Under the pieces are notes generated by a model. It was not told the origin of the DNA, did no database searches, and saw only the letters and a program-made list of their open reading frames with translations. A program made the translations under genes and the position numbers. This document shows, in pieces, positions 45,210 to 54,441 of a stretch of 64,000 bases of DNA; position 1 is the first letter of the stretch; each line of letters begins with the position of its first letter. This stretch comes from an uncultured Gemmatimonadales bacterium (GTDB lineage Bacteria > Gemmatimonadota > Gemmatimonadetes > Gemmatimonadales > GWC2-71-9): the NCBI GenBank assembly GCA_963796635.1, contig CAWCMH010000001.1:2660209-2724208 (forward strand), written 5' to 3'.

Positions 45210-46328
45210 GTGCCGATGAAGTTCACCATCACGCGTGAACAGCTGCACGATGGATTGACCGCCGTCTACGCCGCCGTTCCGACCAAGACGACGCTGCCGG
45301 TGCTCGCGAACATCCTGCTCGAAGCCACGCGTGATGGCCTGCGTCTCTCCGGCACCGATCTCGACATCGCCGTCGGCACCACAGTACCCGCTGCGGTCGA
45401 CCAGGAGGGCGCTGTGACGCTGCCGGGTCGCAAGCTGATCGAACTGGTCCGCGAACTTCCCAGCGCCGGCATACGGGTCACCACGCAGGGTGAACAGCGG
45501 GTCACCATCGAGTGCGGTCGCTCGCGCTTCAAGCTCCTCGGCATGCCCCGCGAGGAATATCCCAGCTTTCCGCAGGTCACCTTCGACGGCGCCTCGAAGA
45601 CCACTGCGCGGGAACTCCAGAAGCTGATCGCGCACGTGTCGTTTGCCGCCAGCACCGAGGAAAGCCGGCCGGTGCTCAACGGCGTGCTCTGGCAGTTGCT
45701 TCCCGACCGGATGCGCATGGTCGCGACCAACGGGCACCGGCTCGCCAAGATGGAGATTCCGGTCCAGAGCACCGCCGAACAGCAGGGACAACTCATCGTG
45801 CCGCCCAAGGCGCTCGAGCAGTTCCGCAAGCTGTTCAACCCCGATGACGAAATCGAGATCGGCCGCTCCGACAACCACCTGGGCTTCCGGTCGGCGACGA
45901 CGCAGGTCTTTACCCGGTTGATCGAAGGACCGTATCCCAACTACGAGCAGGTCATTCCGCGCGAGAACGACAAGGTGGCGACCGCCGAAAAGTCCTCGCT
46001 GATGGCTGCGATCAAGCGGATGAACATTGTCGCGAGCGACCAGACGCACCGGATCCGCATGGCGTTCGGCGATGGATCGTGCCGCCTGTCGGTGACCACG
46101 CCCGACCTGGGTGAGGCGCAGGAAGAGATCACGGTCTCGTACGAAGGCGAACCGATCGACATCGGGTTCAACGCGAATTACCTGGTCGAAGTGCTCAAGT
46201 TCATGCCGACCGACGAGGTCCGGCTGACCTTCAAGGCCCCGGAACGCGCCGCCACCATCGAACCGGTGGGCTGGGACGATCCGGCAGCGTATCTCACGCT
46301 GGTGATGCCCCTGCGGCTGCTGGATTGA
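45210..46328 (+). CDS. dnaN: DNA polymerase III beta subunit (sliding clamp)
   Basis: MKFTITREQL...LPVLANILLEA...LSGTDLDI...NGHRLA...RLIEGPYPNYEQVIP...NANYL.E.L pattern of DnaN, following dnaA. Confidence 0.92.
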   Translation: MPMKFTITREQLHDGLTAVYAAVPTKTTLPVLANILLEATRDGLRLSGTDLDIAVGTTVPAAVDQEGAVTLPGRKLIELVRELPSAGIRVTTQGEQRVTIECGRSRFKLLGMPREEYPSFPQVTFDGASKTTARELQKLIAHVSFAASTEESRPVLNGVLWQLLPDRMRMVATNGHRLAKMEIPVQSTAEQQGQLIVPPKALEQFRKLFNPDDEIEIGRSDNHLGFRSATTQVFTRLIEGPYPNYEQVIPRENDKVATAEKSSLMAAIKRMNIVASDQTHRIRMAFGDGSCRLSVTTPDLGEAQEEITVSYEGEPIDIGFNANYLVEVLKFMPTDEVRLTFKAPERAATIEPVGWDDPAAYLTLVMPLRLLD

Positions 46329-46338
46329 CGGCGTAGCC

Positions 46339-46550
46339 GTCATCCCGAGCGCAGCGAGGGATCGCTCGCCGCACGCACTGATGTCATCCCGAGCGCAGCG
46401 AGGGATCGCTTTCCGGTCACGTGTCATCCCGAGCGCAGCGAGGGATCGCTTTCCGGTCACGCGATCCGTTGCACACCGTGACGGAGTGGTTCCCCGCAAC
46501 GCTATAGTTCACGTCCTGTCGCAGCGATCCCTCGCTGCGCTCGGGATGAC
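46339..46550. repeat. Cluster of four copies of the dispersed palindromic repeat (3 forward, 1 reverse)
   Basis: gtcatcccgagcgcagcgagggatcgc at 46339-46365, 46383-46409 and 46423-46449; the last two carry the tttccggtcacg extension also seen at 4374. Reverse copy gcgatccctcgctgcgctcgggatgac at 46524-46550. Confidence 0.9.
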
Positions 46551-46576
46551 ATTTTTACTCTCCGCTCGAGACCCTC

Positions 46577-48442
46577 ATGCGCTCCACGTACTTCGCCATT
46601 CCCTTGCTCTGCGCCGTCGGCGCGACGCCACTGATCGCACAAACCACGACGCACCCCACCCGCAAGTCGCCGAACACCGCGCCACTCGCGTGGCCCGATC
46701 AATCGGGTCCGATGAAGTGGGCGCCGCGCCCCACCGTGCCGGCGATCACCGCCAACGACCTGCGGACGCGGCTCTATCAATTCGCCGACGATTCGATGCT
46801 GGGGCGCAAGGTCGGCGAACTCGGTGATTACAAGGCAACGGCGTACATCGCGCGCGAGTTCAAGCGCCTGGGACTCAAGCCGGCCGGCGACAACGGCGGC
46901 TACTTCCAGGAGCTCGATTACGGTCCGCTCGGTTTCGACAGCACCACCGTTGCGCTGAGCATCGCCGGCCAGCCGCTGCGGCCGCGCGAAGACTGGATTC
47001 CGGTCGCGCCGACGGCGGCCAACGGCGCCGCCGTCCACGCCGACTTGCACGACGTGCCGGTCGTCTTCGCCGGCGAGCTCAACGACACCACGCCGCTCGA
47101 TCCCGCCGTCTACCGCGGCAAGGTCGCCGTGTTCATCGCGCCGCCGAGTCAGTTCCGCTTCGGCGGCCGGGGCGCGGGCAGCGAGGCAAGTTGTCCGGCC
47201 GATCTCGGGATGCCGAATCAGCGCGGCGCGGCCTATTCGCTGGCGCTGGCGGCGAGTGCCGCCGGTGGGGGTCGTGGTCGCGGCCGCGTCGGCGGCGCCG
47301 GCGGCACTCGCCGCGCCGAAGCGGCGGGCGTTGCCGGTGTACTGCTGATCGAGGACTCGATTGCCCCGGCGGCGGCGAATCTCGCCTTTGGCTCGCGCCA
47401 GGGGATGAAACCGGAATTGCCGGAGGGCGGCATTCCGACCGCGACCGTGCGCAGCGACGTGGTGCGCCAATTGCTCGGCAAGCCGGTGGCCGAACTGACG
47501 CCTGGCACGTCGGGCCGGAGCATCAGCGGCCGCTGGGCCTACAGCTGGCACAAGTCAGCGACGCCCGCGCGCAACGTGATCGGAATTCTCCCCGGCTCTG
47601 ATCCCGCGCTCGCCGGCGAATACGTGCTGCTCAGCGCGCACAACGATCACAACGGTGTCAATGCCGTTGGCGTCGATCACGATTCGCTGCGCGCCTGGAA
47701 TCGCGTGATGCGGCCGCAAGGCGCCAACGATCGTCCCACCTGCCCGCCGACGGCGTTGCAGCAGCACCTGATCGATTCGATGATCGCGCACGCGCGCAGC
47801 ATTCGTCCGCCGCGGCGTGACTCGATCAACAACGGCGCCGAAGACGACGGATCGGGCACCGTCATCCTGCTCGAGGTCGCCGAAAAGTTCGCCAGCGAAC
47901 ATCCGCACCCGAAGCGGTCGCTGATCTTCGTCTCCCACACCGGCGAGGAAGCCGGTCTCCTCGGCTCGGCCTGGTTCACCAGTCACCCGACGATTCCGCT
48001 CGATTCCATCGTCGCGGCGAACAACATGGACATGGATTCGCGTGGCCGCACGACCGACGTCGAGTTTGGCGGCCCGCACTCGATCCAGACGCTGGGATCA
48101 CGCCGACTGTCGCGCGCCTTCGGGGACATCATCGATTCGGTCAACGCGCTGTCGCCCACGCCCATGGCGATCGACAAGACCTGGGACGTGTCGGCCAATC
48201 CGTCCAACCGCTTCTGCCGCAGCGACCAGGTCAATTACGTCCATCACAATGTGCCGGTGACCTACTACTCGACCGGCTATTACGAGGACTATCACCAGGT
48301 CACCGACGAGCCCGAATACATCGACTACGACCACGGCGCAGCGGTGGGCAATTTCATGCACAGCATCATGACGGCATTGGCGAATCGAAAGGACAAGCCG
48401 GCGATCGACGGGCCGGACCCGACGTATCCGGCGTGCCGATGA
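46577..48442 (+). CDS. M28-family metallopeptidase with PA domain, secreted
   Basis: Signal peptide. ARNVIGILPGSDP..EYVLLSAHNDH, EDDGSGTVILLEVAEKF and SHTGEEAGLLGSAWF zinc-ligand motifs. Confidence 0.85.
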   Translation: MRSTYFAIPLLCAVGATPLIAQTTTHPTRKSPNTAPLAWPDQSGPMKWAPRPTVPAITANDLRTRLYQFADDSMLGRKVGELGDYKATAYIAREFKRLGLKPAGDNGGYFQELDYGPLGFDSTTVALSIAGQPLRPREDWIPVAPTAANGAAVHADLHDVPVVFAGELNDTTPLDPAVYRGKVAVFIAPPSQFRFGGRGAGSEASCPADLGMPNQRGAAYSLALAASAAGGGRGRGRVGGAGGTRRAEAAGVAGVLLIEDSIAPAAANLAFGSRQGMKPELPEGGIPTATVRSDVVRQLLGKPVAELTPGTSGRSISGRWAYSWHKSATPARNVIGILPGSDPALAGEYVLLSAHNDHNGVNAVGVDHDSLRAWNRVMRPQGANDRPTCPPTALQQHLIDSMIAHARSIRPPRRDSINNGAEDDGSGTVILLEVAEKFASEHPHPKRSLIFVSHTGEEAGLLGSAWFTSHPTIPLDSIVAANNMDMDSRGRTTDVEFGGPHSIQTLGSRRLSRAFGDIIDSVNALSPTPMAIDKTWDVSANPSNRFCRSDQVNYVHHNVPVTYYSTGYYEDYHQVTDEPEYIDYDHGAAVGNFMHSIMTALANRKDKPAIDGPDPTYPACR

Positions 48443-48447
48443 CCGTC

Positions 48448-48469
48448 GGGGCGCATCTTGATGCGCCCC
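48448..48469. terminator. Conserved-sequence hairpin between convergent genes
   Basis: ggggcgcatc-tt-gatgcgcccc, a 10-bp stem between the M28 stop (48442) and the mtgA stop (48494). Confidence 0.5.
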
Positions 48470-48493
48470 ATTCGGGGGAGCGCGTCGTCCGCG

Positions 48494-49291
48494 TTATCGG
48501 TAGCCCATCCGCGCCAGGATCAGATCGCGGCGCCACTCCATCCGCGCCGGGTGATAATCCGGATTGCTGCTGCGCGGAAACGGCAATAACGCGGCGAGCG
48601 TCGCAGCGTCCTCGGCGGTGAGGGCGCGCGCGGGCACATGGAAGTACGCTTCGCTGCCGGCCTGCACGCCCCAGATTTCGTTGCCCATTTCGACCGTGTT
48701 GAGATAGAGCTCGAGGATGCGATCCTTGGGCAGCCAGAGTTCGAGTCGCCAGGCGGTGACCGCTTCCTTGAGCTTGCGCAGCGGATTGCGGGTGGGCGAC
48801 AGGTAGAGATTCTTCGCGAGCTGCTGCGTGATGGTACTCGCGCCTCGCACCCCGCTCGGATGTTCCACGCTCCGCACGACGGCGTGCCACAGGTCCGCGC
48901 GATCGCGGCCGCTGCGCCACGCGAAAGTATCGCGCGGATACCCCATCGCACGTCGCAGCTCGACGTAGTCGACGCCGTGATGCTGGTAGAAGCGGATGTC
49001 CTCGCCGATCAGCGCGGCGCGGCCCATGTCGGGCGCGATCGCGCTCAACGGCACTGGCGCGTACCGGCGATGTTCGGCGGCCACCGGATTCTGGTGACGC
49101 CGCATCGCCATGAACGCGGTTTCGTGCGGGAAGTGCCAGCGATACCAGAGTGGTGGCGGCCAGACGAGGAACAGCCAGGCGAAGAATCCCGCCAGCAGCA
49201 ACGCGCTGCCAACGACGATCCGGCGCGGCCATCTGCGGGTACTAATCCGGGTTCGCTCCCGTGGTGAGATACCGGACCGAGGTGCGGGCAA
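48494..49291 (-). CDS. mtgA: Monofunctional biosynthetic peptidoglycan transglycosylase
   Basis: EDIRFYQHHGVD, GASTITQQLAKNLYL, RKLKEA...LE..L.K.RILELYLN and the GT51 signature. The start is uncertain because it overlaps the upstream gene by 50 nt. Confidence 0.85.
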   Translation of the reverse strand: MPAPRSGISPRERTRISTRRWPRRIVVGSALLLAGFFAWLFLVWPPPLWYRWHFPHETAFMAMRRHQNPVAAEHRRYAPVPLSAIAPDMGRAALIGEDIRFYQHHGVDYVELRRAMGYPRDTFAWRSGRDRADLWHAVVRSVEHPSGVRGASTITQQLAKNLYLSPTRNPLRKLKEAVTAWRLELWLPKDRILELYLNTVEMGNEIWGVQAGSEAYFHVPARALTAEDAATLAALLPFPRSSNPDYHPARMEWRRDLILARMGYR

Positions 49292-50093
49292 AACGCTGCG
49301 TGGGAACCACTTGCCGGTTGGCCGGCACGCTGATCAGCATCGCGACGGAATCATTCACCTCGGCCGACGTGAGCTGTCCCGCGCGGGTGACATAATACAC
49401 GGCACTGCGGCGTCCCTGCGCGGTCATCGTCATCCGGGTGCCACTTTCGGACCCGTCGCCCAGTTGCTCGAACGATTCGCGCATCCGGACCGGCAGCACC
49501 GCCGTCCCCTCATGCTGCGTCAAGGCGCCGGCCGACCAGGTGTCGATGCGCCGTTCATTCGCGTTGAACACGTCGACGCGCACGTGGCCCTGCGATGAAT
49601 CACTCCACGTCGTGTTGCTCTGTGCGCCGCCCGAGGGCAGCGTCGGCAAGAGGTCGCGCACCATGCGAGTGAGCCGGGCGGCCGCGTCGCCGCCCTGTTC
49701 CAGATGCACGCCGTCGATCTGGCTGTTGTCGAGGTCGGCACTCCAGGTGGCGCCGACGGGATCGTCGCGGTTCGGCTCCGCCGGCGTGGTGGCCAGCGAA
49801 TCGAGCCGCACCAGCACGTGTCCGTCGCGCGCCACGTCGATGGCGAACACGGCGCGCCGAGTGTAGCGCTGCAGCTGGCGATCACCCGACGGCAATGTCA
49901 GCACGATCGAATCGGTGCGTTCAAGCTGGGCAGTGGCGTGCCAGTCGCTGTGGAGCGCCATCGGCGGCGTATAGCTGCCGCCGCGACCGGCGATCGGATG
50001 GGGCGTGGGTGGGGGCGACGACGGCGCGCACGCGGCTATTGCCGCGAGCGCGAGCATCAGGGGTCCCAGTCGTTGTGCGCGGGGCTGCATCAT
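49242..50093 (-). CDS. Hypothetical lipoprotein
   Basis: LMLALAAIAACAPS lipobox. High GC3. No recognised domain. Confidence 0.55.
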   Translation of the reverse strand: MMQPRAQRLGPLMLALAAIAACAPSSPPPTPHPIAGRGGSYTPPMALHSDWHATAQLERTDSIVLTLPSGDRQLQRYTRRAVFAIDVARDGHVLVRLDSLATTPAEPNRDDPVGATWSADLDNSQIDGVHLEQGGDAAARLTRMVRDLLPTLPSGGAQSNTTWSDSSQGHVRVDVFNANERRIDTWSAGALTQHEGTAVLPVRMRESFEQLGDGSESGTRMTMTAQGRRSAVYYVTRAGQLTSAEVNDSVAMLISVPANRQVVPTQRFARTSVRYLTTGANPD

Positions 50094-50138
50094 GCCCCGA
50101 ACGACGTTGCCCGCACGGCCGCGCGCACATCCCGCCGC

Positions 50139-50903
50139 TCAGGGCGCCGGCGTCAACTCCAGCGAGCCACTGGTCTTGCCCGGGATCGGGTTGGACAGTT
50201 GCGGCGCGGTCAGCGAGAGGTCGTTCGACGTCTGGATCGAGGCGCGGCGTACCGGTCCCGTTGGCGGCACCACCATATGTTCCTGGCTGGTGCCGTTCAT
50301 GGTGATCACCTGCCCGTTGCCGTCGTCGGCGCGGGTGTGCGATTCCGAGGTCCCGTCGAGCACCAGCGCATCGCCTTCGGCGCTGGACACCTTCCACGTG
50401 GCGATGACTTCGCCGGTGCGGGCGCCGGGGCCGCCCTGGTTGGCGAGGTGGGTGGTGTCGGCCCAGTGGTCCCCGACTTTCACGCCGCGGCGTACGCCGG
50501 GATAGAGTACGCCAATCGCCTGGGTCACCACCGAGATGACCGGATTGGTGGAGTCGGAGAGCACCATCGGGCCGCTGACCTTGCCGTGCGACACGTAGAC
50601 GCTCACCGAACTGCCGGCGGCGTCGTGCGCCGCGGTGGGATGCTGCTGCAACTGTTCGGCGACCGTGCCGGTGGGCGTCAGGGTCACCGAATCCAGCGTC
50701 ACCTTGACGATCATCCCGTCGGCGCTGTCGGTCGAACTCACGGTGATACGAGCGTCGGCGTCGAGTGTCCCGCTCACCTTGCCGTGGCCTTGCGACGTCA
50801 GATCCTGTTCACCCGAGGTCTTGACGACCAGGTGGTAGTGTTGCGGTGGCGTGGCGGGGGCCGGGGCCGGCGGGATCGCCAGCAGCGCGAACCATGCGAA
50901 CAT
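50139..50903 (-). CDS. Hypothetical secreted protein
   Basis: N-terminal hydrophobic segment MFAWFALLAIPPAPAPA. High GC3. Beta-rich composition. No recognised domain. Confidence 0.5.
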   Translation of the reverse strand: MFAWFALLAIPPAPAPATPPQHYHLVVKTSGEQDLTSQGHGKVSGTLDADARITVSSTDSADGMIVKVTLDSVTLTPTGTVAEQLQQHPTAAHDAAGSSVSVYVSHGKVSGPMVLSDSTNPVISVVTQAIGVLYPGVRRGVKVGDHWADTTHLANQGGPGARTGEVIATWKVSSAEGDALVLDGTSESHTRADDGNGQVITMNGTSQEHMVVPPTGPVRRASIQTSNDLSLTAPQLSNPIPGKTSGSLELTPAP

Positions 50904-50962
50904 GTCGAGTCATCCACGAAGAAAATGTGATGGTGCTGGTCCGCGCCGCTGGTGTGCGGCGC

Positions 50963-51336
50963 GGTTGGGCAGAACCGTAAGCCGAGTTCTGTTGCCCGCC
51001 GAAGCGGGCGATGATCATCTCTCTACGGCGGTCGTCGCCGACCGCCTCCAGCGGCCTACCCGCGGCTCAGACGGTGCGGGCCGCACCTTGCCGCTTATTT
51101 GGCCTTGCTCCGACCGGGGGTTGCCGTGCCCCCTTGCTTGCGCTCGGGGCGGTGAGCTCTTACCTCACCGTTTCACCCTTACCCCTTGCGCCGCTTGCGC
51201 GTCACTCGGGGCGGTCTGCTTTCTGTTGCCCTGTCCGTCGCCTCTCGGCGCCCAGGCGTTACCTGGCGGTCTGCCCTGCGGAGCTCGGACTTTCCTCGGT
51301 CCCTCGCGGAACCGCGATCATCGCGTTCTGCCCGCG
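50963..51336 (-). ncRNA. rnpB: RNase P RNA, bacterial type A
   Basis: The reverse complement contains GGAAAGUCCGAGCUCC, CAGGUAACGCCUGGG, GUAAGGGUGAAACGGUGAGGUAAGAGCUCACC, GAGCAAGGCCAAAUA and ACAGAACUCGGCUUAC. P1 pairs gggcagaac (5') with gguucugccc (3'). TATATT lies just upstream, and the ccgcgccgc/gcggcgcgg hairpin just downstream (50941-50964). Confidence 0.85.
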
Positions 51337-51360
51337 CCAAATATAACGCGCGACCGGTAA

Positions 51361-51479
51361 GGGCGAATGATCATTCGCCCCTACTTCCGCACGCCGCGAT
51401 CTCTGTACGGGCGCATCATCGATGCGCCCCTACCCCCGCACGCCGCGATCTCTGTACGGGCGCATCGTCGATGCGCCCC
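51361..51479. repeat. Three tandem hairpin units (about 49-bp period) between the OMP gene and rnpB
   Basis: gggcgaatgatcattcgccc (51361-51380), gggcgcatcatcgatgcgccc (51409-51429) and gggcgcatcgtcgatgcgccc (51458-51478). The first two are each followed by ctac..ccgcacgccgcgatctctgtac; the third runs into the OMP gene stop codon at 51479. Confidence 0.8.
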
Positions 51480-52138
51480 TAGAACCTCGCGACCAGCCCG
51501 AACGAAATGACCGGATACACCTTGGCGTACTTGTCGACGTCGGTTTGTGTCTTCTTCTGCTGCGCGGCGATGTCGCTCTGCAGATTCGGATCCTGATTGG
51601 TCGAGCTCAGCGTGATGGTCGGCTTGCCGATCGCCGCGCCCAGGTCGAACACGAACTTGAGCCCGAAGTGCTTGGCGGCCGGCGTTCCCCATCCCAGCCC
51701 CGCGTATGGCGACGTCTTGTACGCGGCATGCCCCGACAGCGTCCCCACCTGGGCGCCCGTATACGTCGTGCCGTTGATGTCGTAGGTGCCGTTGCCGCTC
51801 GGTACCGCGGTCGCGTCGACGGTCACCGGGTTGCTGATGACGCCGCCGGTGAGATGAAAGGAACCCCGGTTCGACGGGTAGATGTCGACCAGTCCGGTGA
51901 ACGCCTTGAGCTTGATGTGGGCGTCGAAGTTGAGATCCGACTGGGTCTGGGTGGTACTCGCCGAGAAGGTGTTGACGCTGGCGCGGACACCGAAGTGTCC
52001 GGTGATCAGCTTGTTGACTTCGGCGCCGATGCCGAGCGTACCGGCGCGCACGCCAATGGAAAGATCGGTGCTCTGCTGGGCCGGCAGCGTTACGAAAGGC
52101 ACTGCGGCCACGATAACCATCAGGAAACGCGCGCGCAT
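51479..52138 (-). CDS. Outer-membrane beta-barrel protein (OmpW/porin-like)
   Basis: Signal peptide MRARFLMVIVAAVPFVTLPAQ. Alternating amphipathic strands. C-terminal ...ISFGLVARF ends in Phe as in OMP beta-signals. Confidence 0.75.
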   Translation of the reverse strand: MRARFLMVIVAAVPFVTLPAQQSTDLSIGVRAGTLGIGAEVNKLITGHFGVRASVNTFSASTTQTQSDLNFDAHIKLKAFTGLVDIYPSNRGSFHLTGGVISNPVTVDATAVPSGNGTYDINGTTYTGAQVGTLSGHAAYKTSPYAGLGWGTPAAKHFGLKFVFDLGAAIGKPTITLSSTNQDPNLQSDIAAQQKKTQTDVDKYAKVYPVISFGLVARF

Positions 52139-52450
52139 GCAACCTCCGGAAGAGGGATAGACGCCCGGAAGTCTGCACGAGTTGTGCCGGAGCGGTCGGG
52201 ACTGTCCGCCGTCATCCTTGCGCCGCAGGGTTCGGATCCTTGGAATCGGTGGCGTGATGATTTGAGCGTATCGCGTGCGGTCACGGAACGGCTCTTCCCA
52301 TGGGCGCAGCTCGACGTCACGGATGCATCAGGCGCACGACGTAACTGACGACTTCGTCCGGGTTCGCGTTGATCGGTCACCCCACTCGCTTGATCCGTGG
52401 TTGACACCCTCTCGCCATCCTGTGGCACCCTTCCCATCGGAGTCTGCCGC

Positions 52451-53290
52451 ATGCCGGTATCGGTTACCCCCACCGTCGCTGCTGTGCTCGAACCGGGTGA
52501 ACGGACGCGTGTCGACGCGGCAGGCGCCGGCTGTTTTGCGCTGGTCCACCGCGAATCGCTGCGCGACGCCCTGCACGTGGTGCGCGAGCGACCGGTCGAT
52601 GCGGTCCTGGTCTCGGTCCGACGTTGCATGGCCGACGCCCCGGGACTGCTCGAACAATTCAGTCGCAGCTTTCCCGGGGTGCCCACCGTTGCACTGGTGA
52701 CCAGTCGCGAACCCGGTGACGCGGAAGCATTGCTGCGGCTGGGTGCGACGGGTGTGCGCCAGGTCATCGACGCCTGCGACGCCTCGGGCTGGCGTCGCCT
52801 TCGCGAAGTCCTCAGCGCGCCACCCAATGAACGCGCGCAGGCGATCCTGCAACCGGTGCTCACCGCGCTCGGGCCGATCACGCCGAGCGGTCGTCGATTC
52901 TGGGATGAGCTGGTCAAGTCCGCGCCGCAGACGACCACCGTGCGCCAACTCGCGCGGGCCTTGTCGATCGGCCCGTCGACGTTCGTGTCCCGCTTTGTCC
53001 GCGCGAACATACCCAGCCCCAAGGATCACCTGGTGGCGGTGCGCATCTGCCACGCGGCCCGCTTGTTCGACGAGGGCGATCTCAGTGTGGCCGACGTCGC
53101 CTACCGGCTCGATTACGCCAGTTCACAGTCTTTCGGTCGCCACCTGCGCATCGTGCTCGGCATCACGCCCACCGAGTTCCGCGCACGGTTTCCCTTCTGC
53201 TCGGTCCTGGACCGCTTTCTCGACCATTTCGTGCGACCGTACAAGCTCGTCTGGCGGGAGTTCCGGCCGCTGATTCCGGGGCGGGGGTGA
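52451..53290 (+). CDS. AraC-family transcriptional regulator with receiver-like N-terminal domain
   Basis: The C-terminal TTTVRQLARALSIGPSTFVSRF....VADVAYRLDYASSQSFGRHLRIVLGITPTEFR is a double HTH_AraC. Start ATG at 52451, or the GTG at 52397. Confidence 0.75.
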   Translation: MPVSVTPTVAAVLEPGERTRVDAAGAGCFALVHRESLRDALHVVRERPVDAVLVSVRRCMADAPGLLEQFSRSFPGVPTVALVTSREPGDAEALLRLGATGVRQVIDACDASGWRRLREVLSAPPNERAQAILQPVLTALGPITPSGRRFWDELVKSAPQTTTVRQLARALSIGPSTFVSRFVRANIPSPKDHLVAVRICHAARLFDEGDLSVADVAYRLDYASSQSFGRHLRIVLGITPTEFRARFPFCSVLDRFLDHFVRPYKLVWREFRPLIPGRG

Positions 53291-53475
53291 CGGCAGTCAT
53301 CGTCCGCGCGTCGTGCGCGGGCTCTCCGGGCGCCGCCACGCGCCGGCCTGGGCCGGCCCTCGATCGTGCTCCGAGTTCGCTACAGTAGATTTCGCGACCT
53401 TCGGCTGCACTGACCGGGAGTTCGTGTGAACGAACAGCGACGCTCGTTGGGCAGGCATCGCCGGACCGCTCTCGC

Positions 53476-54441
53476 GTGACCGCCACCGAGCCATTCGCCG
53501 GTTCGTCCCGGGGCGATGCCTCTGCCGGCACGGGCGCGCCGCTGGTATCGGTGATTACGCCGTGCTACACCCACGCGCACTTTCTCGCCGACGCGTTGCA
53601 GAGCGCGCTGGCTCAGCAACACCCCGCGATCGAACTGCTCGTCGTCAACGATGGCTCGCCGGACAGCGACATCATCGAGGGCGTCCTCGCCGCACTGCCG
53701 CATCCGGTCGTGTACATCCGGCAGGAGAACGCCGGCATCGGCGCGGCGCGCAATGCCGCCCTCGCCCGCGCCCGCGGCACGTTCATCCAGTTCCTCGATG
53801 CCGACGACCGCCTCCTGCCCAACGCCGTGCGTGACGGTCTCGCCGCCTTTGCGCGTCATCCGGCGTGCGGACTGGTCTGGGGACTGCGGCGTACGATCGA
53901 CGGCCATGGCGACGTGATGTATGACAACGTCGGCCAGCTCCCGCAGGAATGCGGCTACATCGATCTGCTCGAGACCAACATCGTCGGTCCGCCGGTCGGA
54001 GTTCTGGTGCGGCGCGATTGCCTGGTCGATATCGGCGGCTTTTCGACCGAGCGATGCGTCGAGGACTACGAGATGTACCTCCGCATGGCGTCCCGGTACC
54101 CGATCCACTGCCACCGCAGCGTGGTGGCCGAGTATCGCTGGCACAGCCACAATCTGTCGCGCGACAACGCATTGATGCTGCGTGGCGTGCTGCGCGCGCT
54201 CGAGCTGCAGCGCGCGCAGGTCGGTCGCGATCCCGGCTTGCGCCGTGCGCTGCGCCGCGGTCACCGCGATGCGTGGCTGCGTTACCACTGGCATCCCGGC
54301 GTCGCCCGCATTGGTGAGCATGTCCGCGCCCGACAGTGGGGCGCTGCGCTCCGGAGCGGTGCGCCACTCGCGCTGCGGTATCCGTGGCGGTTTACCCGCG
54401 CGGTGTTGCGTTCGTTGGGCCGCTCGTTCCGGCGCCGCTAG
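53476..54441 (+). CDS. Glycosyltransferase family 2
   Basis: VSVITPCYTHAHFL..AL.S.L.Q......LLVVNDGSPD...FLDADD... GT-A fold motifs. GTG start. Confidence 0.8.
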   Translation: MTATEPFAGSSRGDASAGTGAPLVSVITPCYTHAHFLADALQSALAQQHPAIELLVVNDGSPDSDIIEGVLAALPHPVVYIRQENAGIGAARNAALARARGTFIQFLDADDRLLPNAVRDGLAAFARHPACGLVWGLRRTIDGHGDVMYDNVGQLPQECGYIDLLETNIVGPPVGVLVRRDCLVDIGGFSTERCVEDYEMYLRMASRYPIHCHRSVVAEYRWHSHNLSRDNALMLRGVLRALELQRAQVGRDPGLRRALRRGHRDAWLRYHWHPGVARIGEHVRARQWGAALRSGAPLALRYPWRFTRAVLRSLGRSFRRR

